Assembly (NCBI GenBank): GCA_035577165.1
Contig: DATLVV010000109.1
Location: 1-26,640, forward strand
Source: Steroidobacteraceae bacterium
Lineage (GTDB): Bacteria > Pseudomonadota > Gammaproteobacteria > Steroidobacterales > Steroidobacteraceae
Length of the DNA: 26,640 nucleotides
Direction: 5' to 3'
Shown: piece after piece, positions 1-7,486 of the stretch
Layout: the number at the start of each line of letters is the position of its first letter
Numbering within the stretch: position 1 is the stretch's first letter
Program-made: the position numbers and the translations under genes
The notes under the pieces: model-generated
Told to the model about the DNA's origin: nothing
Database searches by the model: none
The model's input: only the letters and a program-made list of their open reading frames with translations

Positions 1-1
1 C

Positions 2-259
2 GTGGCATTGCCACCCGACGCCGAACTCAAGGCCGACCTCGCGTCCTACCGTTGGGAGCACACGCTCAACGGTATCCTGATCGAGGACAAGTTGAAGATG
101 AAGGACCGGCTCGGTCGTTCTCCGGACAAGGGCGACGCCGCGGTGATGTGTCTCTCGGAAGGCGCGCGGGCGGTGGAGCGGGCAGCGCGGCTCGGGGCGC
201 GTAGTGGGCCGCTAGCGGCAAACACGGGCGGGCGGCAGATGTCAAGTGTGAGGCGGTGA
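2..259 (+). CDS. terL: Terminase large subunit, C-terminal fragment (5' truncated by window)
   Basis: LPPDAELKADL...IEDKLKMKDRLGRSPDKGDAAVM matches the typical TerL nuclease C-terminus (E.K..MK.R.GRSPD.ADA); lies upstream of portal. The ORF-track Met is an internal GTG. Confidence 0.85.
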   Translation: MALPPDAELKADLASYRWEHTLNGILIEDKLKMKDRLGRSPDKGDAAVMCLSEGARAVERAARLGARSGPLAANTGGRQMSSVRR

Positions 260-516
260 ACGAGGAAAGACGCAGAGTGCTTTTCAAGCACTGGCCACGT
301 TTCCGGCGATCGTTGGTTGAGGGGCTGACGCCGCGGCGGCCTCGGATGGCACTGCCGTACCCTTCCGAGGTAAGCATGTATTCGGACGAGGCGTTCGCAG
401 CGATCAGAAATATTCCGCAGCCGTTTCAGTTCGATCTCGAAATTGGATGGTTCGACGGTCGCCGCGCCTTTCGTGTGAAGTGTGAAGACGTGGTGCTCGA
501 AACGGGCTTCGCGTGA
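256..516 (+). CDS. Hypothetical phage protein (86 aa)
   Basis: GTGA overlap with terL stop, GAGG at 250-253, protein-like composition. Confidence 0.6.
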   Translation: MNEERRRVLFKHWPRFRRSLVEGLTPRRPRMALPYPSEVSMYSDEAFAAIRNIPQPFQFDLEIGWFDGRRAFRVKCEDVVLETGFA

Positions 517-734
517 GAGACCGCCCCTTCCTCCCCGCCAACGAATCCCCGCGGCCTTATAGCGAGATCAGGGCGGAACGCTTGGGATCGGACCCCGCGC
601 AGCGCATGCGGGAATCGCTTCGCGCGCAAATCCGCATGCTTGAAGCTGAAGCGCTGGGGGCTTCGACCGAGGCCGAACGCCAGTCCCGGCAATGCGAGGC
701 GGAAGCGCTGCGGTGCAGGCTTGACGGACGATAG
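513..734 (+). CDS. Hypothetical helical phage protein (73 aa)
   Basis: GTGA overlap with previous stop; E/R/A-rich helical sequence. Confidence 0.55.
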   Translation: MRDRPFLPANESPRPYSEIRAERLGSDPAQRMRESLRAQIRMLEAEALGASTEAERQSRQCEAEALRCRLDGR

Positions 735-743
735 GGGGTTGAT

Positions 744-983
744 GTGACCAATCCATTCGGGAAGGCAGCGCCTCCCCCTCCGCCTGCGCCGACGCCGATG
801 GCGCCGCCGCCGCTTCCCGACCTGAATTCGCCGCAGAACCTCGCCGCGCAAAAGCTTGCAGCGGCGAGGGCGAACTCGGCGGGGCGAGCGGCAACGCAAC
901 TCACGACATCGGCGATGGCCGGCGCGACGCTCGCGGGCGCGGCCGGCGGGGCGTATAGCGGTGCAAAGACGGGAAGCAGGTAA
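744..983 (+). CDS. Small Pro/Ala/Gly-rich virion protein (positional analogue of T7 gp7.3-type pre-portal protein)
   Basis: GGGGG SD at 734-738, GTG start, poly-Pro N-terminus then Ala-rich basic tail (AARANSAGRAATQLT); this composition is typical just upstream of podoviral portals. Confidence 0.65.
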   Translation: MTNPFGKAAPPPPPAPTPMAPPPLPDLNSPQNLAAQKLAAARANSAGRAATQLTTSAMAGATLAGAAGGAYSGAKTGSR

Positions 984-1423
984 TGCGCGCACCGAACAAG
1001 CCCGCGACTGATCCGCTGCTCGCCGCTCTCATCGAGAAGCTGCCGGCGGCAGGCTCGACATGGGGCGCAGCCGAGCGCGAGGCGTGGCTGAAGATGATGT
1101 CGATGGCGTTCAATGTGGTCTACCAGGGCGCGCCGGCAGAGGTGCCGCAGTTCCTTGTGCCCGCCACTGCGCAAGTCGATCTCTCGCCGAGCAGCTTCTC
1201 GCTTGTCTCGGAAGGTGAGACTTTCGCCAAGTTCACCCCGCACACCTATTGGATTGACAAAGCGGGCATTGCCCGCGGTCCCGGCGGCAAGCAGATTGCC
1301 GGATCGGAAGTCATCGGCACCATCTACGACCTGCGCGGCGAGCACGGTGACCTCGGCTCCATCCAATGGGCGGACGGCAAGACCGGGGTGAGTGGGCTGC
1401 AACTGGACATCGCGGCGGCGTGA
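983..1423 (+). CDS. Hypothetical protein (146 aa), apparently two-part
   Basis: TAATG overlap with previous stop; N-terminal DPLLAALIEKLP..G..W...R..WL...F..VY motif; distinct beta-rich C-terminal half. Confidence 0.7.
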   Translation: MRAPNKPATDPLLAALIEKLPAAGSTWGAAEREAWLKMMSMAFNVVYQGAPAEVPQFLVPATAQVDLSPSSFSLVSEGETFAKFTPHTYWIDKAGIARGPGGKQIAGSEVIGTIYDLRGEHGDLGSIQWADGKTGVSGLQLDIAAA

Positions 1424-1424
1424 C

Positions 1425-1703
1425 ATGATCGTTAAGGGATTTGGCGAGGTCGGACACAGGCTGCTGGTCGAAATGCCCTTCGTGCTGATGCGGTATGATT
1501 ACGACGGTGGCCGCCGCGCGGATGGGCTTTGCGGTGCCGCGCCGAGGCTGTACGTCCTGGTCGGCAGCGAGGAGCAGGACTGCGTTGAAGCCATCCCGAT
1601 CGCGTGGGCGGCTGCGCAAGCGCTCGCGCCTGAGACTATGGAACGCCTTGCGTTGCAGCTCAGAAGGCTCCGCGGCGCAGAACCTCCTCGCGGAGGCGAT
1701 TGA
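1425..1703 (+). CDS. Hypothetical protein (92 aa)
   Basis: ATG 1 nt after the previous TGA (in frame with track ORF 1392..1703); stop overlaps portal ATG (TGATG). Confidence 0.55.
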   Translation: MIVKGFGEVGHRLLVEMPFVLMRYDYDGGRRADGLCGAAPRLYVLVGSEEQDCVEAIPIAWAAAQALAPETMERLALQLRRLRGAEPPRGGD

Positions 1704-3385
1704 TGCGCCAGCGCGTCAGGGAAATCGTCGCGCTCGGGGACCAGCTTTTCAGCCGGCGCTACCCCGTCATGTCCCAGTGGCAGACGCAGGCTGAGAATTT
1801 TCACGTCATGCGCGCCGACTTCACCCGGCGCCGTTACTTCTCCGAGGAGTTCGGTTCGTACCTCATGAGCGGGCGGCCGGCGCGATGCTGCCGCGACCTC
1901 ATGAACTCGTTCTCGACCATGCTGCGCCGGGACCAGTGGTTTCACGCTAAGACGGACTCCGAAAAGGTCAACGAGGACCGTGACGCCAAGATATGGCTCG
2001 ATTGGGCATCGCAGACGATGCGCCGGGCGATGTATGACAAGCGCACCGGGTTCGTGCGCGCGGCCAAGATCACCGACGGTGATTTCTGCGCGTTCGGTAA
2101 TGCGGTCATCACCCGCGAGGTCGTCGACTACTCGCATTTTCTCTATCGCAACTGGCATTTGCGCGATGTGGCCTGGGAACAGGACGTGCGCGGTGTCATC
2201 GACTCGGTGCATTTCGACTGGAAGCCCTACGCCGGCCAACTCATGCAGAAGTTCGGCAAGAGCACGTCTGGCACCATCGATCCCCGTGTCCTCGACATGG
2301 CGAAGGACCCCAAGCAGAAGCTCTCCGAAATCCAGTGCCGGCGCTTCCTGTGCCGAGCCGACGAATACGACCTTCCGTCACAGGCGACCAAGGGCAAGTC
2401 CTACGTCTCAGTCTATGTCGACGTGCAGCATGAGACCATCCTCGAAGAGGTGGCACTGCGCACATGGCCGGTGACCATCCCGCGATGGGAGTTCGGCGGC
2501 TCGATGTTCGGGGACCAGTACGGCTATTCGCCGCCCGTGGTCTACGGCCTGCCGGATTCGCGCATGTACCAGCAGATGATGCTGTCCATGCTCACGGCAT
2601 CGGAGATGGCGACCTATCCGGCGATGATCGCGGTCGGCGAGGCGATCAACGGGGCGATCAACCTCTACGCTGCCGGCATCACGCAGACCGATGCGGATTA
2701 CGACGAGCGCACCGGGGAAGTGCTCCGTCCCATCACCACGCAGTTCGAAGGCATCCGCTGGGGCGCCGAGCAGATGGAGCGGCTGGAAGCAGCCTTGGAT
2801 GACTCCTTCCTGCTATCCAAGATCAGACTGCCTGAAATTCAAAAGGACATGACGGCCTACGAGGCATCGAAGCTTTACGAGCAATTCATCCGGGAATCGC
2901 TGCCGCTGTTCGAGCCGGTGAATGACGAATACAACATGCACCTGGTCGACGGCACGTTTCAGGATTGCCTCAATCTCGGCATGTTCGGCTCGGTCGATGA
3001 CATGCCGCAAGTTCTGCGGGGCAGGGATATCTCGTGGCAGTTCGACACGCCAATCACCCAGGCGGTCGAGGCGGGGCTGACGAAATCGTTCGAGGCCACC
3101 ATTCAGGCGGTCGTCCAGGGCGCCCAGGTCGATCCGACCGTGAGGATGAACGTCGACTGGAACACGGCCACGCGCGACGCGGTGACCGGTACGGGCGCGC
3201 GGGCGAAGTGGCTCTACCCCGAGGACCAAGTCAAGAAGATGCAGGACCAGGAGCGCGAGCGCCAAGCCGCGCAACAGGCCGCAGAGCAGATGGCCCAGCA
3301 CGCCGACATGGCGACGCGGGTCGGTAACGCAGCGGAATCCGCCGGCAAGGCCGCGGGGGCGCTGCAAGAGGCGGGGATGATGTGA
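1703..3385 (+). CDS. Portal protein / head-tail connector (T7 gp8 / Bbp21-like family)
   Basis: GGAGG at 1692-1696, ATG 1703; 560 aa; motifs DFCAFGNAVI, IPRWE...YGYSP, LSKIRLPE..KDMTAYE, and QQAAEQ-rich C-terminal barrel typical of podoviral connectors. Confidence 0.9.
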   Translation: MRQRVREIVALGDQLFSRRYPVMSQWQTQAENFHVMRADFTRRRYFSEEFGSYLMSGRPARCCRDLMNSFSTMLRRDQWFHAKTDSEKVNEDRDAKIWLDWASQTMRRAMYDKRTGFVRAAKITDGDFCAFGNAVITREVVDYSHFLYRNWHLRDVAWEQDVRGVIDSVHFDWKPYAGQLMQKFGKSTSGTIDPRVLDMAKDPKQKLSEIQCRRFLCRADEYDLPSQATKGKSYVSVYVDVQHETILEEVALRTWPVTIPRWEFGGSMFGDQYGYSPPVVYGLPDSRMYQQMMLSMLTASEMATYPAMIAVGEAINGAINLYAAGITQTDADYDERTGEVLRPITTQFEGIRWGAEQMERLEAALDDSFLLSKIRLPEIQKDMTAYEASKLYEQFIRESLPLFEPVNDEYNMHLVDGTFQDCLNLGMFGSVDDMPQVLRGRDISWQFDTPITQAVEAGLTKSFEATIQAVVQGAQVDPTVRMNVDWNTATRDAVTGTGARAKWLYPEDQVKKMQDQERERQAAQQAAEQMAQHADMATRVGNAAESAGKAAGALQEAGMM

Positions 3386-3678
3386 AGTCTCCCCGCAAAC
3401 CTCCGCCCCGCTGTCCGTGGGACCCCGTCGACCTCGAACTCCACGAACTCTCCGCCATCAAGGCGGTCGCCAACACCATGCCGCTCGCATGGGCGGCCCT
3501 TGAGAAGATCACCGGCGTCGACCGCATGTCGTTTGCGGCGGGCGGCGAAGAGGGCCGAAGGGCCACAGACTTTGCCGAGGGCAAGCGCTGGGTGGGCAAC
3601 ACGTTGCGCTTGGTGCGTGACATGAAACTGCCCTCGCGGCCGATCGGCCCGCCCCCTGATGAGCCGCGTCCCGCATAG
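3382..3678 (+). CDS. Bbp19-like small phage protein
   Basis: GTGA overlap with portal stop; SF...RRATDFAEGKRWVG motif and position between portal and scaffold match Bbp19-like proteins. Confidence 0.7.
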   Translation: MKSPRKPPPRCPWDPVDLELHELSAIKAVANTMPLAWAALEKITGVDRMSFAAGGEEGRRATDFAEGKRWVGNTLRLVRDMKLPSRPIGPPPDEPRPA

Positions 3679-3758
3679 GGGACAATTCAACAATAGCCGC
3701 CGTTCTGCCCTCCCCACGGAATGGCTGTGCCGCGGCTTGCGTTAACTAGAGGTGATTG

Positions 3759-4781
3759 ATGGTTGATCCGACCCCGGCACCTGCGCCGGCTGCGACCCCT
3801 ATTGCTCCATCGTCGGCGCCGGCTCCCGCTCCGGCCCAACCAACCCCGGCACCTGCGCCGGCTTCGGCTCCGGCGCCGACGACCCTCGCAACACTCGATC
3901 CCGCTGCGCCGCCGCTGTCGAATGCGCCTCTTGCGCCGGCATCGTTCCCCGACAACTGGCGCGATCTGATCGCAGGCGAGGACAAGGGCTTCGCCGAACG
4001 GCTCAAGCGGTTTGCCTCGCCCAACGACCTCGCAAAGTCCTATCGCGAGATCGAAGGCAAGATGTCGTCTGGCGAACTGCGGGCTCCGCCCAAGCCGCTG
4101 CCAGCCAACGCGACCGACGAGCAGAAGGCGCAATGGAGGCAAGCGAACGGCCTGCCCGACAAGCCGGAGGGCTATGTCGAGAAACTGGCGCTCCCCAACG
4201 GGGTCGTGATCGGCGAGGCCGACAAGCCGCTGGTCGGCGACTTCGCCAAGCGCGCGATGGAAAAGGGCTGGTCGCAAACGGCCTTCAACGAGGCCGTTGG
4301 CTGGTTCTACGAGGCGCAGGCCGAAGTCGAGGGGCGGCGCGCCGAGAATGATGTCGTGGCCCGCACGCAGAACCAGACCTCGCTCATGAGCGAGTGGGGG
4401 CCGGGCGACTACAAGGTCAACATGAATGCCGTCGGCTCGCTGCTCGCCGGCATGCCGGAGGACTTCAAGGTGGCGCTGCTCACCGCCCGCACCGCGGACG
4501 GCCAGATGCTCGGCGACACAGTGGCATTCAACAAATGGGCGGCGGCACATGCGCGCGACTTCAATCCGGCGGCGACTGTTGTTGCTCCAACTGAACTCAA
4601 CGCACCGAAGGCCATCGCTGATGAAATGGCCGAGCTCGAAGCCTTGATGGGTCGCGCGCAGAAAGACCCGGAAGCCAAGCGCCAGTATTATGGCGACGAC
4701 GGCAAGCCTGGTCTCGATGCACGGTATCGGCTTCTTGTTGAGACACAGCAGAAGATGGCCGCGCGCGGACGCGCCGCGTGA
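3759..4781 (+). CDS. Capsid assembly scaffolding protein
   Basis: GAGGTG SD at 3749-3754; Pro/Ala-rich N-tail, then WRD...KRF.SP.DLAKSYRE.E, PDKPEGY and EWG..Y motifs; sits between portal and capsid. Confidence 0.85.
   Translation: MVDPTPAPAPAATPIAPSSAPAPAPAQPTPAPAPASAPAPTTLATLDPAAPPLSNAPLAPASFPDNWRDLIAGEDKGFAERLKRFASPNDLAKSYREIEGKMSSGELRAPPKPLPANATDEQKAQWRQANGLPDKPEGYVEKLALPNGVVIGEADKPLVGDFAKRAMEKGWSQTAFNEAVGWFYEAQAEVEGRRAENDVVARTQNQTSLMSEWGPGDYKVNMNAVGSLLAGMPEDFKVALLTARTADGQMLGDTVAFNKWAAAHARDFNPAATVVAPTELNAPKAIADEMAELEALMGRAQKDPEAKRQYYGDDGKPGLDARYRLLVETQQKMAARGRAA
3771..3863 (+). repeat. 21-nt direct repeat ACCCCGGCACCTGCGCCGGCT (3771-3791, 3843-3863) encoding TPAPAPA in the scaffold N-tail
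   Basis: Two exact copies read directly from the sequence. Confidence 0.85.
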
Positions 4782-4951
4782 TTAGGTCCGAAGTGGACAA
4801 GGCGCGCGCTCGTCGGCCGTTTCGCGCGAGCGAGTACAACGCGATTTTGAACAGAATCGCCGCGCACGGATCGGCTTCTGTGCAGGAGAATATCCGAGAA
4901 CGCGGCTTTATTGCGCGCTGTAAGAAGCGGCGCAAGAAAAGACCTGCGTAG
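4778..4951 (+). CDS. Small basic protein (57 aa), below ORF-track cutoff
   Basis: GTGA overlap with scaffold stop; MIRSEVDKARARRPFRASEYNAILNRIAAHGSASVQENIRERGFIARCKKRRKKRPA, TAG at 4949-4951. Confidence 0.5.
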   Translation: MIRSEVDKARARRPFRASEYNAILNRIAAHGSASVQENIRERGFIARCKKRRKKRPA

Positions 4952-5126
4952 TTTTTCGCGCCTACCCGGACAACCCGCATCGCGGCTCCGGCGCGGCGCA
5001 CTCACCCGCCAACGTAACGCCCCGCAAGGCCAAGTGACGGCCCGGCATCAGCCGGCAACCCGCTCGCACGCTCACGCGGACAACCCGAACGAAGGCCCGT
5101 CAATGCTCAGATAATGGAGCATTCCC
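4952..5126 (+). promoter_or_regulatory. 175-nt non-coding, probably structured leader of the major capsid gene
   Basis: CGGACAACCCG at 4967-4977 and 5077-5087, CGGCAACCCG at 5053-5062; hairpin CCGGC-ATCA-GCCGG at 5042-5055; 7-bp stem AATGCTC/GAGCATT (5102-5123) covering most of the GGAG SD. Confidence 0.5.
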
Positions 5127-5972
5127 GTGGCTGATACCGCTTTCCAGGTTCAATACCGGAAAGAGGCGATCATGGGCTTCGAATACGGCATGTCCGATCT
5201 GCGGACTGCCGTGACCACGGAAGCCGTCATCAAGGGCAACCAAGCAATCTTCCTTGTTGCGGATTCCGGCGGTGCCTCCGCCTCCAACCGTGGCGTCAAC
5301 GGCCTCATCCCGGCCCGCGCCGACGATCTCCAGCAGTACACGGCGACCCTGGTCGAATGGCACGACCTCGTCCGCCGCACCTCGTTCAACCTGTTCGCTT
5401 CGCAGGGCGACGGTCGTCGCATCATGCAGAAGACGACCAGGAACGTGATGAACCGCAAGGTCGACCTCGACATCATGTCGGCCCTGCAGACGGGAACGCA
5501 GTTCATCGGCACCTCGGCGGTGACGATGACCCTCGCTCTCGCCCTTCGCGCCAAAACCGTCCTCTCGTTGAATCAGGTTCCGATCAACGAGGCCGACAAC
5601 ATGTTCGCGGTCATCTCGCCAGCGGCCATGTCGTTCCTCGAACAGGTCAAGGAGTTCAACTCCGCGCCGTTCGTGGACGTGAAGCCGCTCAACGCTCCGG
5701 CCAACCGGTTCCGGCGCTGGGCCGGCTTCAACTGGATCGAGCATCCGCTCGTTCCCGGCGTCGGCACCTCCGCCGAGACGCTGTTCTTCTATCACCGCGA
5801 CGCCATCGGCCATGCGGTGAATACCGGCGAAATGCAGGCCCTCGCCGGCTATCACGAAGAGCAGGATTACTCCTGGGCTCGCACCACCTGTTTCATGGGC
5901 TCCGTCCTTCTGCAGAACCGCGGTGTGGTTCAGTGCAGGCACGATGGCTCCGCCTATGTGACCACGGCGTAA
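5127..5972 (+). CDS. Major capsid protein
   Basis: GGAG SD at 5116-5119, GTG start; 281 aa; F..QY...GFE..MS.LR..V, RKVD.DI..AL, F..W.GFNWI.HP, YHRDAIGHA, GS.LLQNRGVV motifs of the BPP-1/APSE-type podoviral capsid family; follows scaffold. Confidence 0.9.
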   Translation: MADTAFQVQYRKEAIMGFEYGMSDLRTAVTTEAVIKGNQAIFLVADSGGASASNRGVNGLIPARADDLQQYTATLVEWHDLVRRTSFNLFASQGDGRRIMQKTTRNVMNRKVDLDIMSALQTGTQFIGTSAVTMTLALALRAKTVLSLNQVPINEADNMFAVISPAAMSFLEQVKEFNSAPFVDVKPLNAPANRFRRWAGFNWIEHPLVPGVGTSAETLFFYHRDAIGHAVNTGEMQALAGYHEEQDYSWARTTCFMGSVLLQNRGVVQCRHDGSAYVTTA

Positions 5973-5985
5973 GGGGGGCGGACAC

Positions 5986-7434
5986 ATGGCTTACAATCCT
6001 GGTTATGTCGACGCCAACAAGATCGCCACCAACGCCAACTACGTCTCCGGCGCGGGCCTGTTCAAGGTCTTCGACACCGTCGAATCGGGCGTCACCTTCT
6101 GGGTCTATCTCACCAGCGATTCCCTCGCTGCGACCCAGGTGTCAGGTTACGTCACCGACGCGACGGCAAAGCGCCTCAAGGTCGGCGACATCGTGGACGT
6201 GTTCTCGGGCACGTTCGCATCGCAGGCCGCCACAGCCACCACGGGCCTCGCGCTCGGGGCGGTGACGTTCCCGGCGACCGTCGGTCTCTCCTCGCTGTTC
6301 ACGTCCCAGCCGCAATACCAGCGGATGATCGTGACGACGGTGACGGCCGGCACCACCACCACGTCCGGTGTCGGAACGTGGTCGGCGGCGGAACCTGCGG
6401 TGATCGGGCTCGGCAATCTGCCGCGCAACCTGATCGACTGCGGCGACTTCACCACGAATCCCTGGCAGTTGGGCACCTCGTTCAATGGCAGCTCCACCAC
6501 TCCGGCGCTGACGGCTGATCGGTTTGTCGCAAATGCCGGCGGTTCGCAGGTGTGGACCGCGGGACGTACCTCGAACACCACGATCGCGGGCTTCTCCGCC
6601 GCGTATGTGTGGGGCCGATCCGTCGGCGACACGCACACCGTCGGCCAGTCCTTCGGTCAGGTGATCGAAAGTGTGGACTCGGTGCGCGTGCAGGGCTTGC
6701 CCATCTCGCTGTCGTGGTATGTGGCTTCGGACGCAAACTTCGCAGCGGGCGCTTCGGGCGGCACCTACACCGCGACCATCGTGTCCGGGACGGGTCTGAA
6801 CGAGTCGAGCGGCAAGATGTTCTCGGGTGCGTGGTCCGGTATGACCACGATCGCCACCCAGGCCTACACGCCGACATCGACGATGGCCCGCATCGGGCCG
6901 CTCGGGGGCACGGTGCCCACGGGCGCGAGCCAGTTGGGCGTGATGTTCTCTTACGTCCCGACCACAGCGGCGACCTCTCCCGGCCTCACCGCCGGGGCGC
7001 ACGAGAGCCTGCAGTTCATGGGCATCCAACTCGAAGCCGGGGGCACCACCCCGTTCGAGCATACGGAGGTCGCCGAGGTGGTCAATATCGCCACCCGGTA
7101 TCTGCAGGTGATCAACGAGCCCACGTCCAGCGTCATGGTTGGCGTCGCCGGTTACAACGGCGCGACCTCCACCGCGCAGGTCCACATCCCGCTGGCATCG
7201 CCGATGCGGCAGGCCCCGACCGTGACGTTCACGCCCGGCGGCTTTGCCATCATCGACCTCGCCAACACCGCCCACACCATCTCGTCTGGTGGTCTGGTCG
7301 GTGCGACGACGGGAGCGGTGACGCTCAACGTCACGGCGGCCACCACGATGTCGTCCGGCAACAGCGGTGCGCCTGCGTTCCTGCAGGGACGCTCGACCAA
7401 CTCGGGCATCATCATTCTCAACGCCGACTACTGA
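5986..7434 (+). CDS. Capsid decoration protein fused to a fibre/carbohydrate-binding-like domain (putative head fibre), 482 aa
   Basis: N-terminal Y.TSD.....SGY.TDA...LKVGD.V.V decoration-type motif directly after the capsid gene; from about 6421 RNLI.CGDF..PWQ.GTSF...ADRF, QLE.G..TPFE and MR.APTV motifs seen in phage fibre domains; very Thr/Ser/Gly/Ala-rich. Confidence 0.7.
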   Translation: MAYNPGYVDANKIATNANYVSGAGLFKVFDTVESGVTFWVYLTSDSLAATQVSGYVTDATAKRLKVGDIVDVFSGTFASQAATATTGLALGAVTFPATVGLSSLFTSQPQYQRMIVTTVTAGTTTTSGVGTWSAAEPAVIGLGNLPRNLIDCGDFTTNPWQLGTSFNGSSTTPALTADRFVANAGGSQVWTAGRTSNTTIAGFSAAYVWGRSVGDTHTVGQSFGQVIESVDSVRVQGLPISLSWYVASDANFAAGASGGTYTATIVSGTGLNESSGKMFSGAWSGMTTIATQAYTPTSTMARIGPLGGTVPTGASQLGVMFSYVPTTAATSPGLTAGAHESLQFMGIQLEAGGTTPFEHTEVAEVVNIATRYLQVINEPTSSVMVGVAGYNGATSTAQVHIPLASPMRQAPTVTFTPGGFAIIDLANTAHTISSGGLVGATTGAVTLNVTAATTMSSGNSGAPAFLQGRSTNSGIIILNADY

Positions 7435-7442
7435 CGGCGTGG

Positions 7443-7472
7443 CCCTGGGGCATCCGTGCCCCAGGGTTTCTT
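7443..7472 (+). terminator. Rho-independent terminator after capsid/decoration genes (positional analogue of T7 Tphi)
   Basis: Perfect 10-bp stem CCCTGGGGCA-TCCG-TGCCCCAGGG followed by TTTCTT, 8 nt after the stop at 7434. Confidence 0.8.
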
Positions 7473-7486
7473 GGCTCAGGGGACAC

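Noticed and set aside
3690-3745. Possible stem-loop (AGCCGC/GCGGCT) upstream of the scaffold gene
   Set aside because: Short GC-rich pairing is expected by chance at this GC content and there is no U-tract.
4967-5087. Repeats considered as a mini-CRISPR array
   Set aside because: Units are only 10-11 nt with irregular spacing, and there are no cas genes.
4911-5114. 67-aa track ORF in the capsid leader
   Set aside because: TTG start without SD, Arg/Pro-rich low-information sequence, overlaps the better-coupled 4778..4951 ORF.
5960-5990. Possible T7 gp10A/10B-type frameshift joining capsid and decoration/fibre genes
   Set aside because: No slippery heptamer before the capsid TAA; the G-run lies after the stop and works as the SD of a separate ATG.
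7367-7486. Upstream extension of the TPR-GT9-FkbM ORF given by the ORF track
   Set aside because: It overlaps the previous gene and the terminator; ATG 7487 has a proper SD.
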